Positions 29,763-41,128 of a stretch of DNA of 64,000 nt are shown here, one piece after another. This DNA comes from an uncultured delta proteobacterium (GTDB lineage Bacteria > Desulfobacterota > Desulfobacteria > Desulfobacterales > SG8-13). The translations under genes were made by a program, and so were the position numbers. The stretch's first letter is position 1; each line of letters opens with the position of its first letter. Under the pieces are notes generated by a model. The model was not told the DNA's origin. It made no database searches and saw only the letters and a program-made list of their open reading frames with translations. Location of the stretch: contig CAWKCK010000003.1 in assembly GCA_963848135.1 (NCBI GenBank), forward strand, positions 930,001 through 994,000, read 5' to 3'.

Positions 29763-31694
29763 TTATTCTTTTATCGCTTCAGCCATCAGTTTCCCCATAA
29801 GCTTTGAAAACCGGGCAGGGTTGTCGAGTTTGCCATCTTCGCCGATGACAGCCATGTCGAGAAGCAGTTCGCTATAATCTGCAAGAACAGGATTGCTCTG
29901 ATCCTTATCGTACAGGTTTTTTATCCGGTCCAAGGCTGGATGATCCGGATTGATTTCCAGTACCCTTTTGGCATGGGGCGGGTTCTGGCCTGAGGCCTTG
30001 AGGATTTTCTCCATGTAAGCACTCATATCCTGGGTGTCACCGGAAAGACAGGCCAGCGAGTCTTTCAGACGTGTGGATGGCTTAACATCTTTGATTTTGT
30101 CCTGCAGTTTCGATTTGATGAAACCAAACAGCGGGGCGTAGCTTTTTTCCTTTTCAACATCGACATCCCCCAGATCGAGGTCGCCTTTCTCGGCGCTTTT
30201 AAGCGACTTGCCATCGTATTCGGTGAGCGATTGCACGACCCACTCATCTACCGGATCGCTCATCAACAGAACTTCATATCCCTTGTCTTTCAATCGTTCG
30301 AGCAGCGGACTGTCTGCGATGGCCGCCAGGTTGCCTCCCGTCAAGTAGTAGATGTCTTTCTGCTCGGGTGGCATGCGGTCAACATATTGCTTGAGTGCTA
30401 TCAATTTTCCATCTGACATGGTGGATTCATAGCGAAGCAGATCGGCCAATTTCTTGCGATTTTCTGGATCGGTGTGGATGCCCGCTTTAAAAACCTGCCC
30501 GAATTCTTTCCAAAAGGTTTCATAGCTATCGGCCGCCATCTCTTCCAAATGCTCAAAGATCTTCTTCACCAGATTGCGACGGATGTTCCTTACCAGGCGG
30601 TCCTGCTGAAGAATCTCGCGGCTGATATTGAGATTCAGGTCCGGGGCATCCACCACCCCTCTTATGAAACGAAAATACTCCGGGATCAGCTCACTGCAGT
30701 TTTCCATTATGAATACGCGTTTGCAGTACAGATGAATGCCATGTTTCATTTCCGGATTGAAGAGATCGAGGGGGGCCCGGGCGGGTATATAGAGTAGCGC
30801 TTGGTATTCGGTGGTCCCCTCGAATTTCAGATGCAGGTGAGACAACGGTGCATTCCAGTCGTGGCTGACATGCTTATAGAATTCTTCATATTCGGTGGCA
30901 TCGACTTCGCGTTTGTCTCTGGACCAGATGGCATTCATGGAGTTCAGCGTTTCTTCGCTGACGACAGGGCGAGTGGTCTTTCCGATCGGTTTGCCTGAGT
31001 TGTCCTTTATCTGCTCTTCTTCCGGGATCGGTTCATCCCGTTCCACATCCATCACAATGGGGTAATTCACAAAATCAGAGTGACGCTTGACGATTTGGCG
31101 TACAGTCCACTCGTCGGTGAAATCGAGTTCGTCCTTTTCGTGCTTTTTCAGGTTCAAAATGATAGTGGTCCCGCGGGTGTCTTTTATGGTATCCTCAATT
31201 GTATAAGTGCCGTCACCGGTGGACTGCCAGCGAGTGGCGCTATTCGACCCTACCGGTCGGGAGATCAAAGTCACATCGTCGGCGACGATGAAAGCGCTAT
31301 AAAACCCGACGCCAAATTGGCCGATCAGCTCCGGTGATATCATGGTTTTGTCATTGACCTGTTCGATAGCCTCTATAAATGCAGCCGTTCCACTCCTGGC
31401 AATCGTACCGATATTTTCCATGACCTCATCCCGTGACATGCCGATACCGTTGTCTGACACCGTCAGCGTATTTTTGATGCCATCGACAGAGAGCTTGATT
31501 TTATATTCGGTATCATCACCAAGGATGTCCGGTTCCATTTGGGCTTTGAATCTTAATCGGTCGATGGCGTCTGAAGCGTTAGAAATCAGCTCCCGCAGAA
31601 AAATCTCCTTGTTGGAATAGAGGGAGTTGATAATGAGGTTAAGCAATTGCTGTACCTCGGTTTTAAACTGATGAGTTTCTTTTTGGGCGACCAT
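29763..31694 (-). CDS. htpG: molecular chaperone HtpG (Hsp90)
   Basis: [55 protein letters not shown]. Confidence 0.98.
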   Translation of the reverse strand: MVAQKETHQFKTEVQQLLNLIINSLYSNKEIFLRELISNASDAIDRLRFKAQMEPDILGDDTEYKIKLSVDGIKNTLTVSDNGIGMSRDEVMENIGTIARSGTAAFIEAIEQVNDKTMISPELIGQFGVGFYSAFIVADDVTLISRPVGSNSATRWQSTGDGTYTIEDTIKDTRGTTIILNLKKHEKDELDFTDEWTVRQIVKRHSDFVNYPIVMDVERDEPIPEEEQIKDNSGKPIGKTTRPVVSEETLNSMNAIWSRDKREVDATEYEEFYKHVSHDWNAPLSHLHLKFEGTTEYQALLYIPARAPLDLFNPEMKHGIHLYCKRVFIMENCSELIPEYFRFIRGVVDAPDLNLNISREILQQDRLVRNIRRNLVKKIFEHLEEMAADSYETFWKEFGQVFKAGIHTDPENRKKLADLLRYESTMSDGKLIALKQYVDRMPPEQKDIYYLTGGNLAAIADSPLLERLKDKGYEVLLMSDPVDEWVVQSLTEYDGKSLKSAEKGDLDLGDVDVEKEKSYAPLFGFIKSKLQDKIKDVKPSTRLKDSLACLSGDTQDMSAYMEKILKASGQNPPHAKRVLEINPDHPALDRIKNLYDKDQSNPVLADYSELLLDMAVIGEDGKLDNPARFSKLMGKLMAEAIKE

Positions 31695-32061
31695 TATCAC
31701 TCCTCGTTGTTTGATCGGTTATTCTGGAAATTTTACTGTTGCGCAGTTCGGTTTGAATTATCGAAAAGCGGTATAACAAGGACCTGTCCTGTTTTCGGGG
31801 CATATAATGCGTGCAAAATCGGTTTTGTCAACCCCGGCGAATCATGACGAGAACCTTTCTGAATTTACAACCTGACGGCTCAGTACCCGCTATGGGTATT
31901 GAAAATGATGCAGAGTGAAATTAGATTACATAGGCCGATGAAAAAGCGAAGCGATGTTGATCCATTGCCTGGATGGATCGGAACGGATGCAGGGGATAGA
32001 GAGCGATAACGCGTTGCCCCCCAGCGCACCGGATTGAGCCGAATGTGGAACGGATGTTGAC

Positions 32062-32499
32062 ATGATTGACATTGAAGAAAGCGTTACGATTGCCCGACCG
32101 GTGGAAAGGGTGTTTGCTTTCGCAACAGATTTTCAGCACAATCGGCGCTGGCAGACCGATGTTATTTTAACCGAACAGACTTCCGAGGGCCCCATGGGGG
32201 AGGGGACAACTTACCGACTGGTGAACCGTTTCATGGGCAAGCAATTCGATTCGGCGGGTGTCATATCGGAATATGTCCCCAATCAGATTTGTTCTTACCG
32301 TTTTGTGTCCGGACCGGTCGGTGGGGAGAGCAGCTTCATTTTCGAACCCGTCAACGACGGCACTCGTTTCATTACCCGCGGCTTCATCGAATTGAAAATT
32401 TTCAAAACCGTCGGATTATTGACCCGGCGCAGAGCGCGGCGGCAGGTCAGAAACGATTTGCAGACGCTCAAAAAGATTCTGGAAAATGGCGAAGGTTAA
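32062..32499 (+). CDS. SRPBCC (polyketide cyclase/dehydrase) family protein
   Basis: SVTIARPVERVFAFATD...W, GPMGEGTTY, DLQTLKKILE. Confidence 0.85.
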   Translation: MIDIEESVTIARPVERVFAFATDFQHNRRWQTDVILTEQTSEGPMGEGTTYRLVNRFMGKQFDSAGVISEYVPNQICSYRFVSGPVGGESSFIFEPVNDGTRFITRGFIELKIFKTVGLLTRRRARRQVRNDLQTLKKILENGEG

Positions 32500-32802
32500 A
32501 CAGTGGGTTGTTGTAACCTAAAGTGAGCGTTTCAAATTTTAAATGGAGGGGGAACTGCTTTATTTATAAGGAATTCTATCATCGTTTGATTTTAATATTT
32601 GTAACCGCTTCGGGATTGCCGATTTTACCGCATCTGCGGCGTCATATGCCGTCCCGCATAGCCGATCCCGCCGGCGGCGGGACGGAACGACATCCTCCTT
32701 GTATCTGCGGCAACCTCGACAATCGCTCAAATTAGGTGTAAATCTGTCCCTGAACCCGTTGCCGATTTCGATGCTGGATCGCCGAACACGATCGGTCGCC
32801 GG

Positions 32803-33189
32803 TTAACATGTGAGGTGAAACGCGCCGGCAACGTTCTTTCCTTCCGCCCGCAATCGGTTAAAGGTTTGAACGGCCTCAGTGGTGGGTTCATAAACAAGCC
32901 GGATACGCTTTGTTTTCAGTAGTTTTTGGAGGACGGCTGGTATGTGCATACCGCCGGCGTAACCGGTACCCACGACGAGCAGCTCGGGCAAAGTGGCCAG
33001 GATGTCTGAGATGTCTTCAGCCGCCAGGCGGTGGCCTTCACGGCGCCACCAGTCACCTTTGACCGAATTTCCAATGATTTTAAGATCGTGGGTGTATTTC
33101 TTTCCGGATACTATCATATGACGCCCAACAGCATACGTCTCAATGATTATTTTTGATGTCAGTGCCTTATCCATCGTTATAGTTCCCAC
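32803..33189 (-). CDS. Mth938-like (DUF498) domain protein
   Basis: WWRREGH, PELLVVGTG, TTEAVQTFN, AFHLTC. Confidence 0.88.
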   Translation of the reverse strand: MGTITMDKALTSKIIIETYAVGRHMIVSGKKYTHDLKIIGNSVKGDWWRREGHRLAAEDISDILATLPELLVVGTGYAGGMHIPAVLQKLLKTKRIRLVYEPTTEAVQTFNRLRAEGKNVAGAFHLTC

Positions 33190-33250
33190 AAATAGTAAAA
33201 GTTTGACATTTGGAAATGCAAGCGGGAAGACCCCTGCACCGGGTTTGGGG

Positions 33251-34138
33251 TCATTCCAATCCGTTCGCAGTGGAAATAATTTCCCAGGCCTCTTCGGCGG
33301 TATCGACGTATTGAAAAATTTTCAGATCTTGCGGACCAATATTCCCTTCATCCAAGAGGGCCTGAAAGTCGATGACCTTCTCCCAGAATGACCTCCCGAA
33401 AAGGAGAACCGGTATCGGTTTGATTTTACCCGTCTGGATCAAAGTCAGGGCTTCGAACAATTCATCCAGAGTTCCGTATCCGCCCGGAAAAGCCACCAGA
33501 CCCTTGGCCCGCATTAAAAAATGCATTTTTCTAATGGCGAAATAATGAAACTGAAAACAGAGTTCGGGTGTGATATAGGGGTTCGGCATCTGCTCAAAAG
33601 GCAGGACGATATTCAGGCCGATGCTCTGGCAGCCGCATTCGTGGGCACCAAGGTTGGCTGCTTCCATAATCCCCGGCCCTCCTCCGGTGATGACCACCAG
33701 TTGGTCGCGGGGAGAGTTGGTTGACGCCAGGCTGGCCAGCCGGCGGGCCTCTTCGTAGTATCGGCTCCTCTCGAGGTCCCTGCGGGCTTGACGGAGATCC
33801 TGCATCAGCTCGGAACGCTTGCCGTTATCCTTTGCTTTCGATTCGAGAGAAACCAGCTTGGTTTCAGCTGTTGCCGGATCAGGGATTCGCGCACCCCCGA
33901 AGATGACAACGGTGGATTCGATGCCCATTTCATGCTGAACAAGTTCGGCTTTGAGCAGTTCAAGCTGCAGCCGCACGGGTCGTAATTCGTCGCGCAGCAT
34001 CAGGTCGTCATCCAGAAATGCCAGTTTGTAAGATTTCGATCGGCACTGCGGGGTATCCCCGTGGAGCTTCGCGGAGACGGCATCCTCGCGGGCTGAGGGA
34101 AACACTCGTTTCTTGGGGGATTTGGGCTGCATAGTCAC
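33251..34138 (-). CDS. LOG-family (TIGR00730) nucleotide phosphoribohydrolase
   Basis: ITGGGPGIMEAAN, LPFEQMPNPY, FHYFAIRKMHF, FPGGYGTLDELFE. Confidence 0.9.
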   Translation of the reverse strand: MTMQPKSPKKRVFPSAREDAVSAKLHGDTPQCRSKSYKLAFLDDDLMLRDELRPVRLQLELLKAELVQHEMGIESTVVIFGGARIPDPATAETKLVSLESKAKDNGKRSELMQDLRQARRDLERSRYYEEARRLASLASTNSPRDQLVVITGGGPGIMEAANLGAHECGCQSIGLNIVLPFEQMPNPYITPELCFQFHYFAIRKMHFLMRAKGLVAFPGGYGTLDELFEALTLIQTGKIKPIPVLLFGRSFWEKVIDFQALLDEGNIGPQDLKIFQYVDTAEEAWEIISTANGLE

Positions 34139-34356
34139 CTCCGGTTGAATGAGGCCTGAGATTATACGGGCATTGATGACATATTACAAGCCGTTGCTCT
34201 ACCAGATTAGATTGATGGCCATGATCGAGTGTCACCAGCCGCTTGCTTTTGATTTTTTCTTGACGGCTTGATAAAGTATTTCAATTCTTGGTACTGATCG
34301 GAACAATGAGAAGAGCCCCCGTGACCGAAATTCTTCGAGAAAAGGAAAGCTGACAG

Positions 34357-35145
34357 ATGGCTTGGATTTCAGATCCTCAGATATGGTTGGCCCTGCTTAC
34401 CTTGACGACATTGGAAATCGTTCTGGGCATCGATAATATCATTTTTATCGCCATCATTGCCGGTCGATTGCCCGCCCATCAGCAGAAAAAGGGGCGCACC
34501 GTCGGACTGCTGCTGGCGATGGCCACGCGCATCGGTTTGCTCTTCTTACTAACGATCATCATGGGGCTGACGGCCCCCCTTCTAACCGTTCTTGGCCAAG
34601 AAATTTCGGGGCGGGATCTTATTCTTTTCCTGGGTGGCCTTTTTCTGCTGGGCAAGAGCACCGTGGAGATACATGCCAACCTTGAGGGTGAATCGGATCA
34701 CGGTGCCGATAAAGATGCAAAAACAGCCGCCTCGTTTTTCAGTGTAATTACCCAGATCCTCCTGCTCGATATTGTATTCTCTCTTGATTCAGTCATAACA
34801 GCCATCGGGTTGGTCGATCGAATTTCCGTGATGGTGGCCGCTATCATCATTGCCGTTATATTTATGATCTTTTTGGCTGGACCGGTCAGCCGGTTTATCG
34901 AAAATCATCCCACCGTGAAGATTCTGGCCCTCAGTTTTTTGCTGCTGATCGGTGTGGCCCTCGTGGCAGAAAGTTTCGACCTGCATATTCCCAAAGGATA
35001 TATTTATTTTGCCATGGCATTTTCAGTCTTTGTGGAAATGCTGAACATGAAGCTGCGTAAACGGCGGCGACCGCCGGTTAAACTTCGGCGATCGGCCTCT
35101 GAAGCCGCTGGCCAGAAGGACGGACTATCGATTCCGGCAGATTGA
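34357..35145 (+). CDS. TerC-family integral membrane protein
   Basis: LEIVLGIDNIIFI, LDIVFSLDSVITA, IPKGYIYFAMAFS. Confidence 0.93.
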   Translation: MAWISDPQIWLALLTLTTLEIVLGIDNIIFIAIIAGRLPAHQQKKGRTVGLLLAMATRIGLLFLLTIIMGLTAPLLTVLGQEISGRDLILFLGGLFLLGKSTVEIHANLEGESDHGADKDAKTAASFFSVITQILLLDIVFSLDSVITAIGLVDRISVMVAAIIIAVIFMIFLAGPVSRFIENHPTVKILALSFLLLIGVALVAESFDLHIPKGYIYFAMAFSVFVEMLNMKLRKRRRPPVKLRRSASEAAGQKDGLSIPAD

Positions 35146-35268
35146 TTCTTCAAAAACAGAAAAGGCGCCGAAGCGGCGTTTCTTCAATTTGTCATTTGTC
35201 AAATGATGGCTGACCGCGGACCCGCGCCGCTCGATTCGAATGCGGAAGAGGATACCCGACACCGCGCC

Positions 35269-36282
35269 TTACCAGCGCAGCAACAGTGCTCCGGCGGTCA
35301 ATCCCGCACCAAAAGCGTCCAGCAGTACCGTCTGGCCCTTTTTAATACGACCGTCCCGTACGGCCTCATCCAGGGCCGACGGTATCGTGGCGGCAGAGGT
35401 GTTTCCGTACCGATCCAGATTGATCAGCACGCGTTCCATTGGAAAGGCGAGCCGGTTGACCACGGCCTCTATGATTCTCAGGTTTGCCTGGTGGGGGACG
35501 AGCCAGTCGAGGTGATCGATTGGCAGGGATTGTTTCTCTAAAGTTTTCAGTGCACATTCGGTCAACGTCCTCACGGCGACCTTGAAGATTTCCCTTCCGT
35601 TCATGTGCATTTTATGGAGGCCTTGAGCATAAATTTCGGGTGTGACTTCGAGGTTTGAACCACCGGCAGGAACGTGAAAAAGGTCACTCAGGCTGCCGTT
35701 CGAGGTTAAGTGGCTGCACAGGATGCGTCGTTTGTCAGTGGTCGGAACATTTTCCACAATGGCGGCGCCGGCACCATCACCGAACAGGATGCAGGACGTC
35801 CGGTCATTCCAGTTCGTTATCTGCGACAGGACCTCTCCACCGACAACAAGCACGGTTTTCGACTGTCCGGTCTGGACAAACTGCTGAGCCGTTACCAAAC
35901 CGTAAATGAAGCCCGAACAGGCAGCGTTGACATCCATCGCCCAGGCATTGTGGGCCCCGATCTTTTTCTGGAGCCAACAGGCGGTGGACGGTAGCAGGGT
36001 GTCGGGAGAGCAGGTGGCGTAGATGATCTGATCGATGTCTTTGGCCTTCCGGCCGGCCATGCTAAGTGCCTGCCGTGCGGCTTGTGCACCGAGAGAGGAA
36101 TTGGTCTCGTTTTCATCTTGAACATTGGCAATCCGCCGTTCCCGGATGCCGGTTCTTTCCACGATCCATTTATTGGTGGTATCGATACCTTGACGAACGA
36201 GCATACCCGATAATTCGGTGTTGTCGAGCCGTTTTTCCGGAAAAGCCGAACCAATTCCAGTTATTTTGGCAGCAAATGGCAT
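35269..36282 (-). CDS. fabH: beta-ketoacyl-ACP synthase III
   Basis: WIVERTGIRERR, AACSGF (catalytic Cys), LFGDGAGA, PHQAN, YGNTSAA. Confidence 0.93.
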   Translation of the reverse strand: MPFAAKITGIGSAFPEKRLDNTELSGMLVRQGIDTTNKWIVERTGIRERRIANVQDENETNSSLGAQAARQALSMAGRKAKDIDQIIYATCSPDTLLPSTACWLQKKIGAHNAWAMDVNAACSGFIYGLVTAQQFVQTGQSKTVLVVGGEVLSQITNWNDRTSCILFGDGAGAAIVENVPTTDKRRILCSHLTSNGSLSDLFHVPAGGSNLEVTPEIYAQGLHKMHMNGREIFKVAVRTLTECALKTLEKQSLPIDHLDWLVPHQANLRIIEAVVNRLAFPMERVLINLDRYGNTSAATIPSALDEAVRDGRIKKGQTVLLDAFGAGLTAGALLLRW

Positions 36283-36694
36283 GTTATCGTCTCACAATTC
36301 TTTGATCTGTATTTTTTAATTAGAACGACTATCGTACCGAAAAAAAATGTCAGTTTAACAGTGTTTGCTGAAGGACGCAACCGCCGACGTCACATCAGGG
36401 ACCGACCAATGGAGAATCGCGATGGCGGTCATTACGATGCCTCCCGTAATAGGTAATACTTATTTTTGAGAAGGGCGCATTTGCAACAGAGTGATTCACT
36501 ATTTTCGATAGCGGTAATAAACCCGATTTGCCTATTCGTCAACGATTTGATATTTTCCAACATTTCCATAGCGCGGCATTCATTTGCCATTATTCTTACC
36601 ATTCGCAAAGTAATGAAATCAGTGGTTCTTAATATTTTAACAGGTTTCATGAGCTCATATGGCTGAATGAAACCCAAAAGGAGCTGGAAAGAAA

Positions 36695-37072
36695 ATGACA
36701 GACCACCGCACCGCCGGTATCGATTTCACCGTCGATCGGCAAAACCTGTATCGTGAAGAAACATATACCGACATGAAAGTGGCCAACATCCGGCGATTGA
36801 CACCGGTAAACACAGACGGCTCGGTCGACAAAACCCGCAAGACCGTTTTCGTGGGAGAGACTAACCTCATGACACCGGGGGGACCGTTGCCGGTGCAGGC
36901 TGTCATCGCGGCCAAACAGCTTCAGCAGGCGATCAAGCGATTCCCAGAAGCCATGCAGGCCGTCGTTGAAAAACTCGCGGAGGAGATGAAGAAGATGCAG
37001 CAGAAAGAAAACTCGTCAATTATCACGCCCTCCGAGAAAGAGTCATCGCGTATCATTGTACCCGGCAGATAG
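36695..37072 (+). CDS. conserved hypothetical cytoplasmic protein
   Basis: SD AAGGAG and a protein-like sequence (LYREETYTDMKVANIRRLTPV...LMTPGGPLPV...IIVPG). It ends 22 nt before the Mre11-like gene. Confidence 0.75.
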   Translation: MTDHRTAGIDFTVDRQNLYREETYTDMKVANIRRLTPVNTDGSVDKTRKTVFVGETNLMTPGGPLPVQAVIAAKQLQQAIKRFPEAMQAVVEKLAEEMKKMQQKENSSIITPSEKESSRIIVPGR

Positions 37073-37094
37073 ACAGCCATAGGAATTATAACCG

Positions 37095-38210
37095 ATGAAG
37101 TTTGTCCACACCGCCGACTGGCAGATCGGTATGAAAGCCGAGGGACTGGGACAGGTTGGTGCCCGGGTGCGCGCGGAGCGGCTGGCGGCCGGCAGCCGTG
37201 TGGTCGAAGCGGCTGTTACCCGTGGCGCCGATTTCCTTATCGTAGCCGGGGATCTTTTCGAGGACAACGGCGTGGACCGCACCTTGATTCAGAAGACGGC
37301 CGATATTTTAGCACGGTTGGACCGACCGGTCTACATAATCCCCGGTAACCACGATCCCGTTGTACCCGGGTCGGTATGGGAACACCCGGCCTGGATGTCA
37401 GCAAACAATCTTCATATTCTGACCGAAAAACAACCGGTCAAAATTTCGGACGGGATCCTCTATCCGTGCCCGGTGTCTGACAAGTATTCGACCAAAGATC
37501 CGACGGACTGGATTCAAGCCAAACCGGGAAATGTTCTTCGCATTGCCATGGCGCACGGCAATGTGGAGGGGTTGCCGGAAGTCGCGGCCGATCACCCGAT
37601 TCCCCGCAATGTGCCCGAACGCAGCGGGCTGACCTATTTGGCACTAGGGCACTGGCATTCCACGGTTACCTATGCCGATCCGGACGGTGTTGTGCGGACA
37701 GCCTATTGCGGGACGCCGGAACCTTCACGATTTGGAGAGCCTGACAGTGGCAATGCGCTTCTGGTGACGATTGACAGCCCGATCACCCCGCCCGATATAG
37801 AAATCTTAAAAACCGGTGGGCTCACCTGGCAGGTGATTGGAAAAGATCTGCGCCAAATCGGAGACATCGCCACCCTGCGGCAACGTATCGAATCCCTGAC
37901 GGAACCGGATCGCATGCTGGTCGATCTGCGCCTGAAAGGCCTCCTGTATTCAGAAGAGTTGGGGCTGCTCAGGCATCTGCAGGACATGGTGACGGCACGA
38001 TTTCTATTTGGTCGGGTGGACATTTCTGGTCTGCGACCTGCACCTGACGACGACGGTTGGATATCGGCCTTGCCATCGGGTGTGCTGCAGGATGCAGCAC
38101 TACGGCTTCGGAGTACGGCTGAGGATGGGGATGAATCCAGCCGCCGGTCTCAGATCGCATCCCTGGCCCTACTGGAACTTTACGCCATGACATCAGAGGG
38201 CCTGAAATGA
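37095..38210 (+). CDS. Mre11/SbcD-like metallophosphoesterase DNA nuclease (YhaO-like)
   Basis: HTADWQIG, AGDLFE, PGNHD, AHG and ALGHWH motifs. Confidence 0.92.
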   Translation: MKFVHTADWQIGMKAEGLGQVGARVRAERLAAGSRVVEAAVTRGADFLIVAGDLFEDNGVDRTLIQKTADILARLDRPVYIIPGNHDPVVPGSVWEHPAWMSANNLHILTEKQPVKISDGILYPCPVSDKYSTKDPTDWIQAKPGNVLRIAMAHGNVEGLPEVAADHPIPRNVPERSGLTYLALGHWHSTVTYADPDGVVRTAYCGTPEPSRFGEPDSGNALLVTIDSPITPPDIEILKTGGLTWQVIGKDLRQIGDIATLRQRIESLTEPDRMLVDLRLKGLLYSEELGLLRHLQDMVTARFLFGRVDISGLRPAPDDDGWISALPSGVLQDAALRLRSTAEDGDESSRRSQIASLALLELYAMTSEGLK

Positions 38211-40927
38211 TCTTGCGGCGTATTACTCTGTCAAACTGGCGCTGTTTTTTAAGGTCCGTTACAGTAGGGCCTTTCGAAGAGGGGATCACGGTTATTCACG
38301 GTCCGAATGGAACCGGCAAGTCGACACTCTTTGAGGCCATCAGCCGGGGATTATTGGACAGCCACACCGTGACCGGTCAGGATGTAACCGCCTTGGTTCC
38401 GTGGGGACGCGCGTTGCCTCCCCGTGTGACGGTCGAGTTTCGCCGAAATGGGGTTGGTTATCGAATTGCCAAACAGTTTTTGCAGGATAACCACTCCCGA
38501 CTGGATCGACTCGAGGGCGACATCTACATACCCTTCGCGGAAGGTCGTCAGGCTGACGATACGGTTCGAACGATGCTGACCAGAAATCCGCCGGCCCGGG
38601 GACTGTCCCAACCGCGTCACTGGGGTTTGGCCCAAGTTCTCTGGGCTCCCCAAGGGAAGTTGATGCTGACCGAGTTATCCGGGGACATCGTTAACGACAT
38701 CCGCTTGTCCTTGGGAGAACAGCTGTCGCATGGTGCCAGCAGCCCCGTCGAAGAGCGTATCGTTGATCTTTATCTACAGTATTTTACCAAAGGCGGTAAG
38801 CTAAAATCCGGCAGAGGGGCACCGGAACTTTCACGGATGAAAGAACAGTTGGACCAGGTCCAGCGACGACGGCAGGAGTTGTTTGAACGGCTGGAACTAT
38901 ATGAAGACGGATCCCGACGGGTGGAAGACATCCGAGCGCGAAGAACGCAGCTTGTCTTCGAGGCCGAGGCGCTGAAGAAGACAATCGATAGTATGCGATT
39001 ACAGGCAGATGCGTATCACCAATTGAGGGTTGAAGCGGACAGGCGCAAAGAGGAAACGAGAACGGCTGAGGCGCGCTACAATCAGCTGAAACAGGCGATC
39101 GACCATATCCGGGAGAAAGAAAGGGCCCATACAGAAGCCCGATTTTTGTTAAAGACCCTTGAAGAGGACCTGGTTGCCAAAACCCGTGAAGTTTCTCAGC
39201 ACCAAAGCACTGCGATAGCGGCCAGGAGAGCACTCGACGAGACGGCCAAGGGAGAAGAAAATATCAGGCGTGCCGAGCAGGAAACCCGGGACGCGGAGGA
39301 CTATTTAAAGGTAAATCACACACGCGAAGAATTGGAGAAGGAGATTGAGCGGATCACTGCCGCTGCGCAGCAGGTGCAAATCCGCCAGAGGACCCGATTA
39401 CAAGTCGTCGCTCCTGACCTTGCTACGCTCAGCAAGATCCGCAAGGCCATTCATGCGCGTGATCAGGCGGCGGTCCGGATCGAGTCGTCACTGATCAGCC
39501 TGGAGATTCTACCGGTGCGTGACACTGTTATTGACACCATCTCTGGTGAGCCCCACGGTGAGACCGCGGTGTTGGGCGGAGAAAAGGTGCATCTCACCGG
39601 TTCGCCGGAAGTGGTCGCGGAAGTGAAGGGGTTTGCTCGACTGCGTGCGACCGGCCCCCAAGGAGATATCCAAAACCATCAGGCCGAGTGGAACGCAGCA
39701 CGTGTTCAGGTAGAAACGCTGACACGGCCGTATGGAACTGCGGATGTTGATCAACTGGAAGCCTTGGCGGAGAACGCTGCCGAGTTGGATCGGCAGTTAC
39801 GGGAATCGGCCAAAGCGCTGGAAACGTTGTTGGGCCATCGAGAACTTGCTGATTTGAAACAGCAGCTGGTTGAAAAGAAAGCGATAGAAGCCGGATATTT
39901 ACAGTCCCGTCCGGCCTGGTTACAAGCGCTACCGGATCCTACCAGAATGATGCGTACTGTTTCCGATCTCCGCGAGGCTCACGGAAAAAAAGTTGCCGAG
40001 GCGCATACCCATTATGCCAAAATCCAGGCCGAATGCGCCACCGCAGAGGAGCAGGCCAGAGCATTGGGCAACCGCATCGATGAAACACGCAAACTGGTGC
40101 GGCAACTTGACCGGGCTTTGGCCGGGTTAACCGAAGACGGGCGAACAATGGAAGAGAGACAGGCAGCGCTGCGCGAAATATTGATGGACCGCGAGACCGC
40201 CGGCAGTAGGTTGCAGAGCCTGGAAAAAAAACTGGGTGTATACAACGAAGATCCGCTGGCAGCACTGGAAAAACTCGAACGACAACTGATCGGCGTGCGG
40301 GAGGAATCCCGCAGTGCTCGCGATGATGAAATGACGGCGGCCGGCAGACTGGCGACATTGGCCGCCGAAGGTCCGTATTCGGCATTCTCGGCTGCCGATG
40401 AACATGTCAACCAGTTGTTAGAAGACATTGGTCGCGAAGAGATGCGGGTGGAAGCGATCCGGTTGCTCTATGAAACGGTCACCCAGTGTCGCAGCGAAGC
40501 CGTCTCTGCTGTTACGGAGCCGGTTGAAGCGCATGCAAGCCGGATACTCCAACGTATCAACGGGCCCCGCCTGGGGCGAATCCGTGTGACCGATTCGTTC
40601 GAACCCACTGAGGTCCACCCCGGCGCCATAGAGACGGGTGTAGGTTTCGAGAACCTTTCCGGGGGCGAAATGGAGCAGCTTTATTTGGCCACTCGTCTGG
40701 CCCTGGCGGAAGTATTGGCATCCAAAGAGCGCCAGATGGTGGTTATGGACGACGTTCTTACGGCCACCGACGCCGGTCGGCTGACCCGGATATTGGGTGT
40801 GCTGGAAGAATCGTCACGGCGGTTGCAGATCCTGATTCTCACCTGCCATCCCGAGCGTTACCGGGGACTGGGCGATACCCATTTCGTTGACCTTGAGGCC
40901 GTCGCCCGGGCGGGCGGTTCGGATTGA
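38207..40927 (+). CDS. Rad50/SbcC-like coiled-coil ABC ATPase (YhaN-like)
   Basis: Walker A GPNGTGKST, long coiled coil, signature LSGGE, Walker B VVMDD, H-loop LTCH. Overlaps the nuclease gene by ATGA. Confidence 0.9.
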   Translation: MILRRITLSNWRCFLRSVTVGPFEEGITVIHGPNGTGKSTLFEAISRGLLDSHTVTGQDVTALVPWGRALPPRVTVEFRRNGVGYRIAKQFLQDNHSRLDRLEGDIYIPFAEGRQADDTVRTMLTRNPPARGLSQPRHWGLAQVLWAPQGKLMLTELSGDIVNDIRLSLGEQLSHGASSPVEERIVDLYLQYFTKGGKLKSGRGAPELSRMKEQLDQVQRRRQELFERLELYEDGSRRVEDIRARRTQLVFEAEALKKTIDSMRLQADAYHQLRVEADRRKEETRTAEARYNQLKQAIDHIREKERAHTEARFLLKTLEEDLVAKTREVSQHQSTAIAARRALDETAKGEENIRRAEQETRDAEDYLKVNHTREELEKEIERITAAAQQVQIRQRTRLQVVAPDLATLSKIRKAIHARDQAAVRIESSLISLEILPVRDTVIDTISGEPHGETAVLGGEKVHLTGSPEVVAEVKGFARLRATGPQGDIQNHQAEWNAARVQVETLTRPYGTADVDQLEALAENAAELDRQLRESAKALETLLGHRELADLKQQLVEKKAIEAGYLQSRPAWLQALPDPTRMMRTVSDLREAHGKKVAEAHTHYAKIQAECATAEEQARALGNRIDETRKLVRQLDRALAGLTEDGRTMEERQAALREILMDRETAGSRLQSLEKKLGVYNEDPLAALEKLERQLIGVREESRSARDDEMTAAGRLATLAAEGPYSAFSAADEHVNQLLEDIGREEMRVEAIRLLYETVTQCRSEAVSAVTEPVEAHASRILQRINGPRLGRIRVTDSFEPTEVHPGAIETGVGFENLSGGEMEQLYLATRLALAEVLASKERQMVVMDDVLTATDAGRLTRILGVLEESSRRLQILILTCHPERYRGLGDTHFVDLEAVARAGGSD

Positions 40928-41128
40928 GTTTCTGGGAGCCGCGACCTTGCCGATGATTGCAGCGCAGTGGCACAAAGGATGCGTTGACTTCGACCTTCAT
41001 CGATAGGCCTCCTTTCTCTACCCGATTGCCGCTGCTGTTTCTCTGATCGAATCTCGATGCTGTCATACCCGAACGGGACACGATATTATTTGACCGGGAG
41101 GAAAAGAGGTCAGACCTATTTAATATGG

